This document shows, piece after piece, positions 49,553 through 62,863 of a DNA stretch of 64,000 bases. Source of the stretch: Torpedo marmorata (taxonomy: Eukaryota); NCBI GenBank assembly GCA_977017645.1, contig OZ360247.1, forward strand, positions 12,028,001-12,092,000, given 5' to 3'. The position numbers were made by a program, and so were the translations under genes. How positions within the stretch are numbered: the stretch's first letter is position 1; the number at the start of each line of letters is the position of its first letter. A model generated the notes under the pieces. The model saw only the letters and a program-made list of their open reading frames with translations. It did no database searches and was not told the origin of the DNA.

Positions 49553-50941
49553 ATGGTAGTGGGTCAAAGATACTGTGTGCTGGATGGAAAAAAAAAATTT
49601 TGAGGTCTGTTTAAGCAATGGTCCCAGGCGACTCAATCAACCTCATAGACTGCCCATTAGGGACAAGTTATAGTGGCCAATTAATTGACCAATCTGCACA
49701 TCTTTGCAATGTGCAGGAAATCTATTGGGTGACAGGGAGAACATGAAAATTCCCTGCACACAAGCACCGGAGGTCAGGATTGAACCGGGTACAGTGACTT
49801 CAATCCAACAAATAGTCACTTGGAGGCTAGGTGAGATATCCGTTCATGACGCGTTTCAATTGATTTACTAACAAGTCCAATAGGTTCAAAAACTTTATTT
49901 ACACTCGATGACTTGTAGCAATCTTCAATGACTTAAATATCTTCTTTAACGAAATATAAACAATTCTTGATAACGATGCTTAATAACGATTCTTTCTAAC
50001 ACTCATTTAAACGATTCCTTTAAACGATTCTTTAAACTTCCTTTAAACGGTCAATGAAAGTTATGCCGATCTCACTCACCCTCCTCTCGGTCGCCATATT
50101 CTTATACTTCTTCTCTGATTCGCGCATACTCAACGCGCATACTCCACCGCGCATGCTGCACTCTCTTCCCCACTGTGCATGCTCCAGCCACTTCCCCACT
50201 GCGCATGCGCCCGTCGGCACTCCCGTGCATGCGCAGAGTACTCAATAGGCCTAGCACGGCCTACTAATCTCCGTAAGTCCTCCGAAACCCGCTGGGCCCA
50301 TCAGACCGTCGCGATGAAGGTAAGTAACCAAGCCTATGGCTCTTACACCGGCCCCTAATTATTATAACGAGACGCAATGTCTTAAATAATAATTACACAA
50401 TCAATTACAAATAACAATAACCATATAACATTCAAACAATATACAAACCTTCTTCCTTCTTTCTTCTCAAGACCAGAGTTTACCATAACTCTGGATCAAT
50501 AAAAGTCTGTAACCTGTGTAGTATACAACAACAAAATAAAGTCAGTTTGTATTTATCAAAGTTCCTTTATCTCCAGAATCTTGGAGTTAAAACGTCGACC
50601 AGTAAACCTCAAATCTTCCTCAGACAAAATAGATAGTTTTTTCTTTTGAATTTAACACGAGGTACTTCTTCAGCATGTCGTTTCACTTTCTTCCTTTCTT
50701 CAGCATTCCACTTTTCATATGAAGAATTTAAACTCTTAGAACCAGAATTTGAATATTTATCTGATCCTCTCGATTTTAATAAACGAGTCTCTTTAACCAC
50801 TCTGGTTTCTATTGCCTTTTCCTGCAATTCCAAATCCAATTTTGCAACTTTCAATTCAGTCTCAGTTCCTTCCGAGAAATTAATAACTTGATCTGAAGTG
50901 AAAATATCATGTGATACATTGGTACTTCTATTGTCAATCCT

Positions 50942-51250
50942 GCTGAGGTAAACTTGAAATATTTGAATTTCTTCATCTTGCTTGTTACATTGCTGCAATG
51001 CAATATCACTTTCTTTCTGCATTGTTAATAACTGAACCTTCAATTTACATTCTTGATTGTTTTCTATAATCAACTGTTTTGTGTTATTAATCAATAACTT
51101 GTTGTCTTTCAAAATATGAATCTATTCCTCCAACATTTTACATCTTAATAATGCTGAATCTCTTTCTTCAATAACTGTATTTATTTCTTCAGCAGTCATT
51201 CTTTTCTTCCGCTTTCTGACTTTGCGAATTTTACTTACAATTAAATCTTT
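50942..51250 (-). pseudogene. Captured MIPOL1-like coiled-coil segment within the BEL element
   Basis: RMTAEEINTVIEERDSALLRCKMLEE*...ENNQECKLKVQLLTMQ...EEIQIFQVYLS versus recalled MIPOL1 RITAEEMSALIEERDAALSKCKRLEQE...ENNQERALKAKLLSMQ...EEIQTLRVYYS. Confidence 0.75.
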
Positions 51251-51639
51251 CTGATTACTTTTTTCATGATTATCCAATATTTCCAATTCCCCTTTCAACA
51301 TTTTGTTCTCTGAATTCAATTGCATTAAATTATCATTCACATTCTTCTTTATTCCATCAGCACAATTTTCTGCCTCTGATTCAATTCCACATGAATAATC
51401 ATTAGTATTATTTGCAACATCTTCTAATACTTCATTTTTATCCATTTCTGATGAAAATAATTCCTTCAATGTTGTTTTAAATACCTTTGATTTATTTTCA
51501 CATTGATCCATTTTCTTTTCTTCAAAAGTGATTTTCTTATTCACAGTCTTTTGCTCTTCCCTTAACTCATCAACTTTCACAACCGAAATCCTGTTAATAT
51601 TTATCGCTAACTGTTCCTGTGCAATATCATTGTTTCTTT

Positions 51640-54287
51640 CCAATGGTCCATTGATTGTCCAACCAAGCTTGGTTCTATCAGCGTAAAGTCCATTCCCTCT
51701 ACTCCGTATTACTTCTAGTGGTTCCAAAATCTGAACCAATCAGCATTTCTATCTCAGAGTTAACTTCAGGTAAATAATCCTTCCACAGATAAGACAAATG
51801 ATGGAAATCATTTTGATGAGGAATGTTTCCTTCATGCACAGGCATAGTCTTCTGAATATATAAACTTGGAAGATCACAAAAATTTTTGTCATCCAATCTA
51901 GCAACCTCTAAGCCTGAAACAATGCTGGTTTCAACGACCTTTTCTTGTCCCATGGTTTTCAACATAATTCTTGACCTTCTTCCTTGAATATTAAGTTTGT
52001 TCATTAGTCCTTCCGTGCAAAAAGATGCAGTGCTACCTGGGTCGAGAAATGCATATATATGTACTGTTGCATCCCCTTTCTTGGTCTTGACTTATACAGG
52101 CACTATTGAAAGTTTGCAGTTATCCACACCGGCCCCGGTAAGACCACTTGTCTCAACCGAGGTTATAACATTGTTTTCTGTTGTTTCCTTTGTTTCTGTT
52201 TGCTCCTTTTCCAATTCCTTCTTTCTTTGATGGATATGTAACATTCTAGGATGTTTCAAATTGCATATGTTACAGTTAAGTTGCTTCTTGCAGTTTTTAC
52301 TGATGTGTCCTTTACACAGACAGCTAAAACATACTCCATTTTCCTTTAAGAAAGCAATCTTCTCATTATGTTCCTTCTTTTCCAACCGTAAACACATTTC
52401 CAAAGCATGTCCACAACTCTTCTCATTAGTCAAACTTTCCTTTTCCTTATTTACTTTATCCTTTTCTTTATTTATAACTGACACATTAGTAGCAAAAGTA
52501 CTCCTTTTCAATTTCAGACAAGGCTGTGAGTTAGACCTCCTTACATCTTTGCTCCCCATTGAATTGTTTCTGGTATTTTCATATATTGGATCTGTTTCAA
52601 TGTAGACCTGTCGTTCAAGAAAATTTACCAAATCCTTTAAGGTAGCTCTTCGACCGTAATTTCCTTGTAAATCACAAGCCAAATTTCTCCATCTATCCCA
52701 CAACTTGTAAGGTAATTTTTCTAAGATGATTCGCATATTACCAGGCACTTCAAGCTCACGAATATTATCGATATCTTCCATGACATTACAACATCCTCTT
52801 AAAAATAGAGTATATGCTTGTAGAGCCTTTACATCATTCTGTTTTATTGATGTCCATTTAAGAGCTTTATCCATATAAGCTAAAGCAATTCGATGCTTGT
52901 TGCCAAAATGTTGTTCTAGTAAAGACTTAGCTCTGTCTCATCCTCTTTCTGAGGACATATGTTGACAACTCTTTACAAGTTCTCTTGGCTGTCCCTTTGT
53001 GAACATTTCCAAATAATAAAGACATTCATCAGGGTCTTGGCATTTATTTTCAATATTGCGTCTAAAAGATTTCATGAACGCTTGGTACTGAAGTGGATCA
53101 CCATCAAAAGTTTGAATCTCTTTCTTGGGCATAGAAGAGAGAGACTGTAACTGAATCAATGATGCAGCAATTTCATTTTGTCTTCCATTGGGTGATAACA
53201 CATTGCTCTGTTCACCACCTCTTGTTACAGGTAATGTAACTGGAAACCTCACTGGTGTAGTTTCTCCTGTATTTCTGAAGCTTGACTCGAATGCCAAGGG
53301 ATCTGCAGCGTTTGACCGAACCCAAGCCGCAGCTTTGTCTTCGGATGTTACCACTGGTACATGTGACTCGATAACACCATGCTCTTGAAGCATTTGTCCT
53401 TGTATTTGCAAGTCTTGTACCCTTGGTATTAAAATATCTACCCTTTTGGTTGGTTTCTTTTCCTGTGGCTCTTTTTTAAAATATAACTTCTTATCATCGC
53501 ACACTTTAGATAATTTACTCCGAGCACCAGATACCATTGAGCCTTCTAGTACCTCTTTTTTTGCCTTGGCAATAATAATGTTTGCTTCCAGCTCCTGCTG
53601 CTCCTTTCTCTGCCTTAGCTGCTCCTTCTCTTGCCTTAGCTGCTCCTTCTCTTGCCTTAGCTGCTCCTCCTTTTGCCTTAGCTGCTCCTCCTTTTGCCTT
53701 AGCTGCTCCTCCTGTTGTTCTAAAATATGTTTATCCTTGTTTTTTGTTGCGCAAGAAGAGTGGCCAAGTCAACTTCAACCTTTGTACATGACGATGCAGA
53801 ACTTGAAGTACGAGTAACTCTGGAGCTCGAACCAGAACTTCGTTTGCTTCTCCTGCTTTCAACATTCGAGACACTGTCACATGCTTGTATTTCATCCTGC
53901 AGGTCAGATGTTGTCTTCTTATTTACCTCCTTCACCAATTCGAATCGTACATACTTTGCATCTTCATCCTCTTCGTTTTCTTCATCATTTGGTGACACAA
54001 TTTCAGCCATTTCCACATTGCTGTCTTCTTGTTCAGTCGTTGTCTTTTGCAATGTCTTCATTCCCATCAACCAAAGCCGCCTGTTCTTCCATTGCCAGCT
54101 TCAGCCTTGCAATGAGAACCCTTTTATTTCCACTTGTATCTAGTTTCAGTCGCTTCAATTCTTCTTTGAGATCCACAACCTTCATGTCTTCAATACATTG
54201 GTCCTCAACAGCAACATCAGCGGCTGCTGCAGCCATTTTACTCGTCTTGTTCCACTGTCCTTCACTAGCCAAATCAACAGTCCCCAA
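51640..54287 (-). pseudogene. BEL/Pao gag-protease with N-terminal SAP-like motif, frameshifted
   Basis: MKVVDLKEELKRLKLDTSGNKRVLIARL (SAP-like), CFSCLCKGHISKNC, CNICNLKHPRMLH, YAFLDPGSTASF. Confidence 0.88.
53590..53712 (-). repeat. 21-bp tandem repeat encoding EQLRQ(K/E)(E/K) heptads in gag
   Basis: tgccttagctgctcc unit repeated 5-6 times. Confidence 0.85.
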
Positions 54288-54861
54288 TGGACCAGTGGCA
54301 GCAAATCCAATCTGTGTTCAAACTTTCCAAAAATACACAGAAGGAGTCCACAGACTTATGCCAACCACTTCAGATGACTGTAATGTGCTGCTATTCACAA
54401 GCGAGCTTCCACCACAGCATCCGTCAATAATATCGCTGATTTTCAAGAAATGTTTTTTCCAACGTATTTATAGGACACTTTACTATAAGATTTGAAGCTC
54501 TATATTCCTCTCTGGTTGTTACTCATGGCAGATGGATGTGGATTACAAACTGCCCCTAACTCGAGGCATATCCAAGATGGCCACCATCTTATTTTAAATA
54601 TCAGTCCAAAGCACAGAGAGATTATTCTATCTTCTTTACTTCAATTTTCTGTTCCAAACAATAAACTTTCATTGACTAACCATATAGTGATTTCAATCCA
54701 ACAAATAGTCACTTGGAGGCGAGGTGAGATATCCGTTCATGACGCCTTTCAATTAATTTACTAACAAGTCCAATAGGTTCAAAAACTTTATTTACACACG
54801 ATGACTTGTCGCAATCTTCAATGACTTAAATATCTTCTTTAACGAAATATAAACAATTCTT

Positions 54862-57800
54862 TTTTTTTTTTCAAAACAATCATTTATTTTCTTAATTCCT
54901 TTTTGAAACCAAATTTTAAATAGTTGATTATTTTTTATTTATTTTTTTTTTAATTTTTATTTAGTTTTTAAAATCACAAAATACATAGTCAAAAATAATA
55001 TATTATTCAAAATACATGTGATATATTTACCATCCCCCCTTCCCTCCCTCCCCTCCCCAGCCCTCCCACACTATTCTAATAAAGAGAAAAAAAGAATATA
55101 TAGAAATGTTAGTTAAAAGGAAAGAAATAGAATGAGAAATAAAGTTAAGAGAGTTAGTATGAGGAGAAAACTATTTCAGACTAACTCTATTTGTATATGG
55201 AGGTTACTTTTGTCAGCGGTACTAACTTTTAGAGAATTAATTCATACCCATAATTCTCATATATGGGCTCCAAATTTTCAAAAAGAAATGATATTTATCT
55301 CGTAAATTATACGTAATTTTTTCCAGTGGTATACAAGAACGTAACTCTGCATGTAATCTATCTAAATTCAAATCTAAATCTGATTTCCAAGTAATAGCAA
55401 TACATTTTTTTGAAATAGCTAACACAATTCGTAAAAATTCTATTTGGTACATATTTAATCTATTTCTAATACTAATTTTTTTAATATCTCCAAATAAAAA
55501 TATCATAGGATCCATTGGAATCATAATATTAAAAATTCTATCTAAAAAATCTTTGACTTTAGACCAAAAATTTTTAATTTTCAAACATGACCATGTACAA
55601 TGTACAAAAGAACCTATTTCATCTTTACATCTAAAACACATATCTGACAATGCCGGATTGAATTTCTTTAATTTTTTGGGTGTTATATATAATTGATGAA
55701 AAAAGTTATACTGTACTAATCTATATCTAACATTAATAATCTTAGTCATACTCAATTTACACAATTCTTTCCAGTGTTGTTCATCTATATTAGTATTTAG
55801 ATCTGATTCCCAATTTAATCTAGATTTATGCAATCCTACTTTAGGTATCTTTTTCTGAAATAATTTATACATTTGCGATATAAATTTATTGACATTTCCA
55901 TTAGTAATTAATAACTCTAACCCATCCTGTCTAGGAGATATTAATTGATTCCCTAATTTCTCAACTAAAAATCCTTTAACTTGATAATAAGCCAAAATTG
56001 TATTATCCATTATTCCAAATTTTTCTTTCAATCTAGAAAAAGTAACAAATCTTCCTGCCTCAAAACAATCTTTAATCTTCTTAATTCCTTTTTGATACCA
56101 TAATTTTAAAAATTGATTATCCATAGAAAATGGTAATAATAAATTCTGATATAATGGCATATTTAAAGAAATTGATCCTTTTCGCCCTATTTCATTATCT
56201 AATTGATTCCAAATCTCTAATAAATGTCTAATAATCGGTGACTTTTTCTTTTTAATCAATAATAATTTAGAATTCCATTTATAAATAATATCTTCCTTAT
56301 TTCTTTCTCCTATATTACTTAATTCTATATTAATCCAAGCCGTGTTTTTAGTTAAATCAAATAATTCATTTATAAATTTTAATTGTGCTGCCTTATAATA
56401 ATATTGAAAATTAGGAAGTTGTAATCCACCCATTTCATATTCCCAAGTTAATTTATCCATACTTACTCTTGCCAGTTTTCCTTTCCATAAAAACTTTCTA
56501 ATAATAATTTTTAAATCTTTAAAAAATTTTTGAGGAATACCAAAAGGTATAGATTGAAAAAGATATTGAACTCTTGGAAAAATATTCATTTTAATACAGT
56601 TCACTCTTCCTATTAAAGTTATAGGTAAATCTTTCCAATTATCCAAATCCTTCTTTATTTTCTGAAATAAAGGTATGTAATTTAATTTATATAAATTTTC
56701 TAACTTTGTATCCACTTTAACTCCCAAATATTTAATAGCTTCTTTAGCCCATTTAAATTTTGTAACTTCTTTACATTTAGTATAGTCTCCTTGAGATAAA
56801 GCCATTATCTCACTTTTATCCGAATTTATTTTATATCCAGATATTTCACCATAATCCCTCAATATTTTATCTAATTGTTGAAGTGATTCAATAGACTTTG
56901 TCATATATATTAATACATCATCTGCAAACAAACTAATTTTATGCTCTTCTGCACCTACTTTTATCCCTTTTATATTCATATCTTTCCTAATCATTTCCGC
57001 CAACGGTTCTATTGCCAATACAAATAAGGCAGGTGACAATGGACATCCTTGTCTTGTTGACCGTGTCAAAGAAAATTTAGATGATATTTGACCATTTGTA
57101 ATTACTTTAGCTGTAGGTTCCTTATATATAGTTTTAATCCAATTTATAAACGTATTTCCAAATCCATATTTCTCTAAAACCTTAAATAAAAACTTCCACT
57201 CTAACCTATCAAATGCTTTTTCTGCATCTAATGCTATCACTAACGGTAAATCCTGTTTCTTCTTTTGTAAATTAATCAAACTTATTAATCTTGCTATATT
57301 ATCCTTTGAATATCTATTTTTAATAAATCCTGCTTGATCTGGATGTATTAAAAATGGTAAAAACTTAGCTAGTCTATTTGTCAAGATTTTCGCCATTAAT
57401 TTATAATCTACATTTAACAATGATATAGGTCTATACGATTCAGTTTTCAATACATCTCTATCCTTCTTTGGTATAACTGTAATAACAGCATTTAAAAAAG
57501 TTTTCGGTTTAACTGAGTTTCCTTTATTTGAGTCAATACTTCCATATATATAGGTATCAATAAATCTTTAAACTTCTTATAAAACTCTACAGGAAATCCA
57601 TCATCACCAGGAGATTTACCACTATTCAATGATGATAAAGCTTCACCTACTTCTCTCATTGTAATTGGTAGATCTAACAAATCTCTATTAGAACTATTTA
57701 ATTTGGGCAACATAATTTTAGATAAAAAATCGTCAATTTTTACAACATCTTGACTCATTTGTGAAGTATATAAATTTTGATAATATTCTTTAAAAGAATT

Positions 57801-58050
57801 GTTTATTTCTTGAGGTTTATAAGTTATATCTCCATTACTTTTCTTTATAGCATTTATAGTTTTAGAAACTTGTTCTTTCTTTAATTGCCATGCTAAAACT
57901 TTATGTGCTCTTTCTCCCAATTCATAATATCTTTGCTTTGTTCTACCAATTAATTTTTCCATTTTTCGTGTTTGTAATATATTATAATGTAATTTTTTCC
58001 CCATTAAACGTTGTCTCTTAAGAATTGTTTTGTTTCTTTGAAAATCTTTT
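54862..58050 (-). mobile_element. L1-clade LINE, 5'-truncated, inserted in the BEL 5' LTR
   Basis: ORF2 pieces 57492-58050 and 55237-57450 (YRPISLLN, DAEKAFD, RQGCPLSP, FADD, CFRC...HCTWSC). Poly(A) tail and 16-bp TSD aatataaacaattctt (54846-54861 and 58051-58066). Confidence 0.95.
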
Positions 58051-59019
58051 AATATAAACAATTCTTGATAACGATGCTTAATAACGATTCTTTCTAACAC
58101 TCATTTAGACGTTACTTTAAATGATTCCTTTAAACGATTCTTTAAACTTCTTTTAAACGGTCAATGAAAGCTATGGCGATCTCACTCACCCTCCTCGAGG
58201 TTGCCATATTCTTCTCTGATTCGCGCATACTCCACCGCGCATATTGCACTCACTTCCCCACTGCGCATGCTCCAGCCACTTCCCCACTGCGCATGCGCCA
58301 GTCGGCACTCCCGCGCATGCGCAGAGTACTCAATAGGCGTAGCATGGCCTACTAATCTCCGTGAGTCCTCCGAAACCCGCTGGGCCCATCGGAACGCCGC
58401 GATGAAGGTAAGTAACCAAGCCTATGGTTCTTACACCGGGGTCACTGGAGGTGTGAGACAGCGGCTCTACGCATTGCACCACTGTACCAATGCAGTTTCT
58501 TTTTCTCCAAATTCAAAAATAACATTTGGACTAACAAAAATATGATGAGCTTTCCTGAAGGCTGAGGTTTGAACTCAAGAAATAGGAGCAGAAGTTGGCC
58601 ATCGAGCCTGCTCTGCCATTCAATAAGATCATGGCTGATCTGGCCGTGGACCCAGCTCCACTTACTTACTCACATATTCTCCGTAACCCTTTTACTTCAA
58701 GAAACCAGGGAACAGCTGGCCCATCTGTCCAATAGAAAGGGATTCTTCACGAATCTGCTCCCGTACATGGAGGTTGCTCCACAGAAACGAGGGGGTTTGA
58801 GTCCAACTGGTCCATGCAGTGTTTACGCTCCACACCAGCATCCCACCTCACTCTCTTCATTGCATTTACGTAGCCACCCGAAACATTTCTGTGCTGTTCG
58901 CCTCAATTGTTCCATGTGAGGATATTTCATGTTCCAATTCCTTCATCATGAATGTGTCACCCATAGACTTTTTAAGCATGGGACTGTTTCACTAGACTCC
59001 CCAAACCCACCTCTCTAAA

Positions 59020-59238
59020 TTTAGACTTATTTGCAGCACGGTAACAGGCCCTTCCGGCCCACGTGCCCGTGCTGCCAAAATACCCCAATTAACCTACAAG
59101 TTTTGGAACGTGGGAGGAAACCGGAGTACCCGGAGGAAACCCACGCAGACACGGGGAAAACGTACAAACTCCTTACAGACAGCGCCGGGTTCGAACCCGG
59201 GTCGCTGGCTCTGTAATAGCGTCGCACTAACAGCTACG
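59020..59238 (-). mobile_element. tRNA-derived SINE
   Basis: Same family as 4904-5147. Confidence 0.85.
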
Positions 59239-59364
59239 TTAAAATTTGTCTCTGGTCCTAAACTCCCCTCTGTGGCTCACTGCCAAAATTTGTCTCAATT
59301 TTGATATTTTCCTGCATCCAAATTGCAAAAGAGGATATTTGTTCCCATCAAAGAACAGGGCAGC

Positions 59365-60535
59365 AAAAGAACAGGCCCTTTGGCCCATGATGTCTGCACG
59401 GAACAAGTTGCCAAATTAAACTAAATCTCTGCTGCTTGTACAGGATCCACATTTCTCCATTCCCTGCACATTCATGTGTCTACATAGAAGCCTCTTAAAT
59501 GCTACCTTCATATCTGCTTCCAATCCCATGCAGCCTGTTCCAGCAGCTACTACCCTCTGTGTACATAAACTAGCCCCGCAAATCTCCTTTAAACTTTCCC
59601 TCTTAAACTTAACATATTTACCCTGATTGCCTACCCTATCAATGCCTGCCATAATTTTATAAACTTCTTTGAGGGATGCCGACCCTGAAGAAGTTCTCCT
59701 CTCTTTGAAGGAGGGTCTGTGGGAGACTCTCACACTGCCCCGCCCCCCCCCCCCCCCCCCCCCATTATCCCTGCTGCTCTCAAGCTCCTCGACCACGTAC
59801 ATGTTTGTGTATTGCACGTTTTATAAACTGATCACATCACCCCTCAGCCTCCGACACTCCATGGAAAACAACCAAAGTTTATCCAACCTCTGCTTGTGGC
59901 TTATACTCTCCAATCCAGGCAGCATCCTGGTAACTCTCTCATAAGAACATAAGAAATAGGAGCAGGAGTAGGCCATCCGGCCCATCAAGCCTGCTCCGTC
60001 ATTCAATGAGATCATGACTGATCTGATGATAGGCTCATCTCCACCTACCTGCCTTTTCCCCATATCCCTTAATTCCCCTACTATGTAAAAATCTATCCAA
60101 CCTTGTCTTAAATATATTTAGTGAGGTCGCCTACACTGTTTCAATGGGCAGAGAATTCCATAGATTCACCACCCTCTGGGAAAAGCAGTTCCTCCTCATC
60201 TCCATCCTAAATCTACTACCCTGAAACTTGAGGCTATGTCCCCTATAGTTCTAGTCTCCCCACCAATGGAAACAACTTGCCTACCTCCATCTTATCTATG
60301 CCTTTCATAATTTTATACATTTCCATAAGATCCCCTCTCATTCATCTAAATTCCAGCGAGTAATCCTGCAGTAATTCTCGGTAATCCTTTCCAAAGCCTC
60401 CACATCCTCTTGTAATGGGGCTATCAGAATTACACACAATACTCCAAACCAAAGTTTAATATCGCTGCAACACAACTTCTTTATTCTTGCAGTCAATGTC
60501 CCAACCATTGAAGGTAAGAATGCCATAAGCCTTCT
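59365..60535 (-). mobile_element. Nested CR1 fragments
   Basis: Older CR1 (59365-59938, 60361-60535) interrupted by a younger CR1 tail (59939-60360) similar to 36711-37080. Confidence 0.75.
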
Positions 60536-60575
60536 ATAGTGGTCTACTTTGGGTTTTTTTTGGTTTTTTTTTTAA

Positions 60576-60802
60576 TTTAGACATACAGCACGGTAACAGG
60601 CCATTTCGGCCCACGAGCCCGTGCCACCCAATTAACCTACAACCCCCGGTACGTTTCGAACAGTGGGAGGACCCAGGAAAAACCCATGCAGACACGGGGA
60701 GAACGTACAAACTCCTTACAGACAGCGCGAGATTCGAACCCCGGTCCCAATTGCTGGCGCTGTAACAGCGTTGTGCTAACCGCTACGCCAAACGTGCCGC
60801 CC
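60576..60802 (-). mobile_element. tRNA-derived SINE
   Basis: Same family as 4904-5147. Confidence 0.85.
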
Positions 60803-61214
60803 TCAAGAAGCCACTTTGAAGAAGGAAATCTCACCGTCATGTCCCACCTCTGTAGTCCTCATTCAATAAAGTTCCGTTTATACAGCGTATTTCACAATTC
60901 CGGACACTCATGAGGACCCATTTTAGAGGTGGTGGTGATTATGAGACCAATTGCCATCAGATCAGCAGGAACAAGAAACAGAGAACATGCTGGAAACACC
61001 AACACTGGCTTGGTTTCTCTTTCCACAGTCGCTACCTGTCCTGCAGGGGAGTAACAATATTTTCTGCCTTTGTTTCAAATTCCCACTTCATTTTATTTTC
61101 GTTCACCAAAAATTAGGAACTGAATTATTTAAATTCAAGTTAAAAAAAAATCTGGAATTGAAGCACTTCTCCTTAAAGATAACCACAAACTACCAGATGG
61201 CTTTAAAGGAGAGG

Positions 61215-61702
61215 GGTCAGAGATGATACCAGGAATGAAAGGGTTAGCATATGAGGGACGATTGTCAGCTCTTGGTTTGTACTCGTTAGAGTACAGAAGG
61301 ATGAGGGGGGGGGAATCTCATAGGGGCATTTTGTATGCTGAAAGGCCCGGACAGAGCAGATGTGGCAAGGATGTTTCCCTTGGTACAGGATTCTAGGACA
61401 AGAGGGCATAATTTCAGGATAAAAGGGCATCAATTTAAAACAGAGATGCGGAAAAATTTCTTTAGACAGAGGGTCGCGAGTCTGTGGAACTTGTAGCCAC
61501 AGATAGCTGTGGAAGCGAGGTCGTTGGGTGTATTTAAGACAAGAGATTGACAGGTATTTGATTAGTCAGGGCATCAAGGGTTATGGGGAGAAAGCTGGGG
61601 AGTGGGGCTGAGTGGGAGGATTGATCAGCTCATGATTAGAATGGCAGAGCAGACTCGATGGGCCAATGGGCCTACTTCTGCTCCTATATCTTGTGATCTT
61701 GT
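61215..61702 (+). mobile_element. CR1 LINE 3' fragment
   Basis: MIPGMKGLAYEGRLSALGLYSLEYRRMRG...SRTRGHNF and the typical tail. Confidence 0.85.
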
Positions 61703-62514
61703 AAAGGGAGAAGAAATACTGGTGCTCTAAAGGTGAAATAAAAACAAAGGGCTAGACATAATCAGCAGGTCGGGCAGCATCTGTGGAGAGAGATCAACTT
61801 AAAAAAATAAACAATCTGGTTCACTCCTGTCTGGCCTACTTTCAACTCCTGACCACCTAAACAGAGGCTTCTTAATTGCCTCCTGAGCTCAAAACTAATT
61901 AAAGATGGACAAGATTGTCAGCAATGCCCACCAAAATCTGGGGATGTTTATCATGTCCGAAGTGGTCACTATTAAGTCGGCGGGAACACAAGAGACTGCA
62001 GATGCTGGAAACAGGAGCAAAATTTTAAAAAAGCAAACTGCTGGAGGGACTCAGCCGGTCAAGCAGCATCTGTGGAGTGAAAGGGTTGATTGAGGTTACA
62101 AGTCATGATCCTGCAATAGGACATGGGCAACTTGGCAACAACATGTGCTTATCAACAACATATCCACCCGAGCTAACGTGCAAATAAATGCTAGGACAGC
62201 GAGAACAAACAGCCAGCATATTTGTGGAAAATAAACCAGATTTGATTTTGTTTCAAGGACTGAGACAAAGAGAAAAAGATTGCTTTTGATAACATGTCAG
62301 CTCAAGTAAAATTAACAACAAAATCTCTATCTACTTGCAGTAATATAACACCAGTTATAATGTAATCTCAAAACACTGGCTCATAAGTGAGTAAATTTCC
62401 TTACTCAAAGGAAAGTACTAAAAGGCTTGTACAGTGGTGCAAGGGCAACTACATATCAATGGCTCCGTCGTAGAGAGAGTGGGGAGCACAAAGTTCCTTG
62501 GCATCCATTTAAAG

Positions 62515-62863
62515 CAGTGGTTTTCAAAATGCCCCCCTAAACTCACATTCCACCTTAAGCAATCCCTCTGCCATAAGTGCCCTGTGATTAGTAAGGGAGT
62601 GCTTAAGGTGGTATGTGAGTGGGAAGGGAAGGTTGAGAATCACTGCTCTAGACCCAATTGTTACTGAAATATTTTGCTTGAGAAAAATTGTCATTGCCCC
62701 ATTTCATTTGGAGTTATGAAACTGTGCACATAACGAGTCAATTAGGTACGATTAAAACAGTGGTTTCAAACTTTTTCTTTCCACTCACATACCACCTTAA
62801 GCAATCCCTTACTAATCACAGAGCACTTATGGCATAGGGATTGCTTAAGGTGGTATGTGAGTG
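62515..62863. mobile_element. Composite hAT MITE, copy 3 (second arm interrupted)
   Basis: Same arms, core in the opposite orientation. Confidence 0.85.

Larger units (their letters stand above)
49790..58435 (-). mobile_element. Non-autonomous BEL/Pao LTR retrotransposon
   Basis: LTRs 49790-50347 and 54683-58435 (the latter split by an L1). 5-bp TSD CCGGG (49785-49789 and 58436-58440). PPT aggggccgg. Gag TFDGDPLQYQAF, CCHC knuckles, protease YAFLDPGS, TKLGWTINGP. No RT, RNase H or integrase motif seen. Confidence 0.92.
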
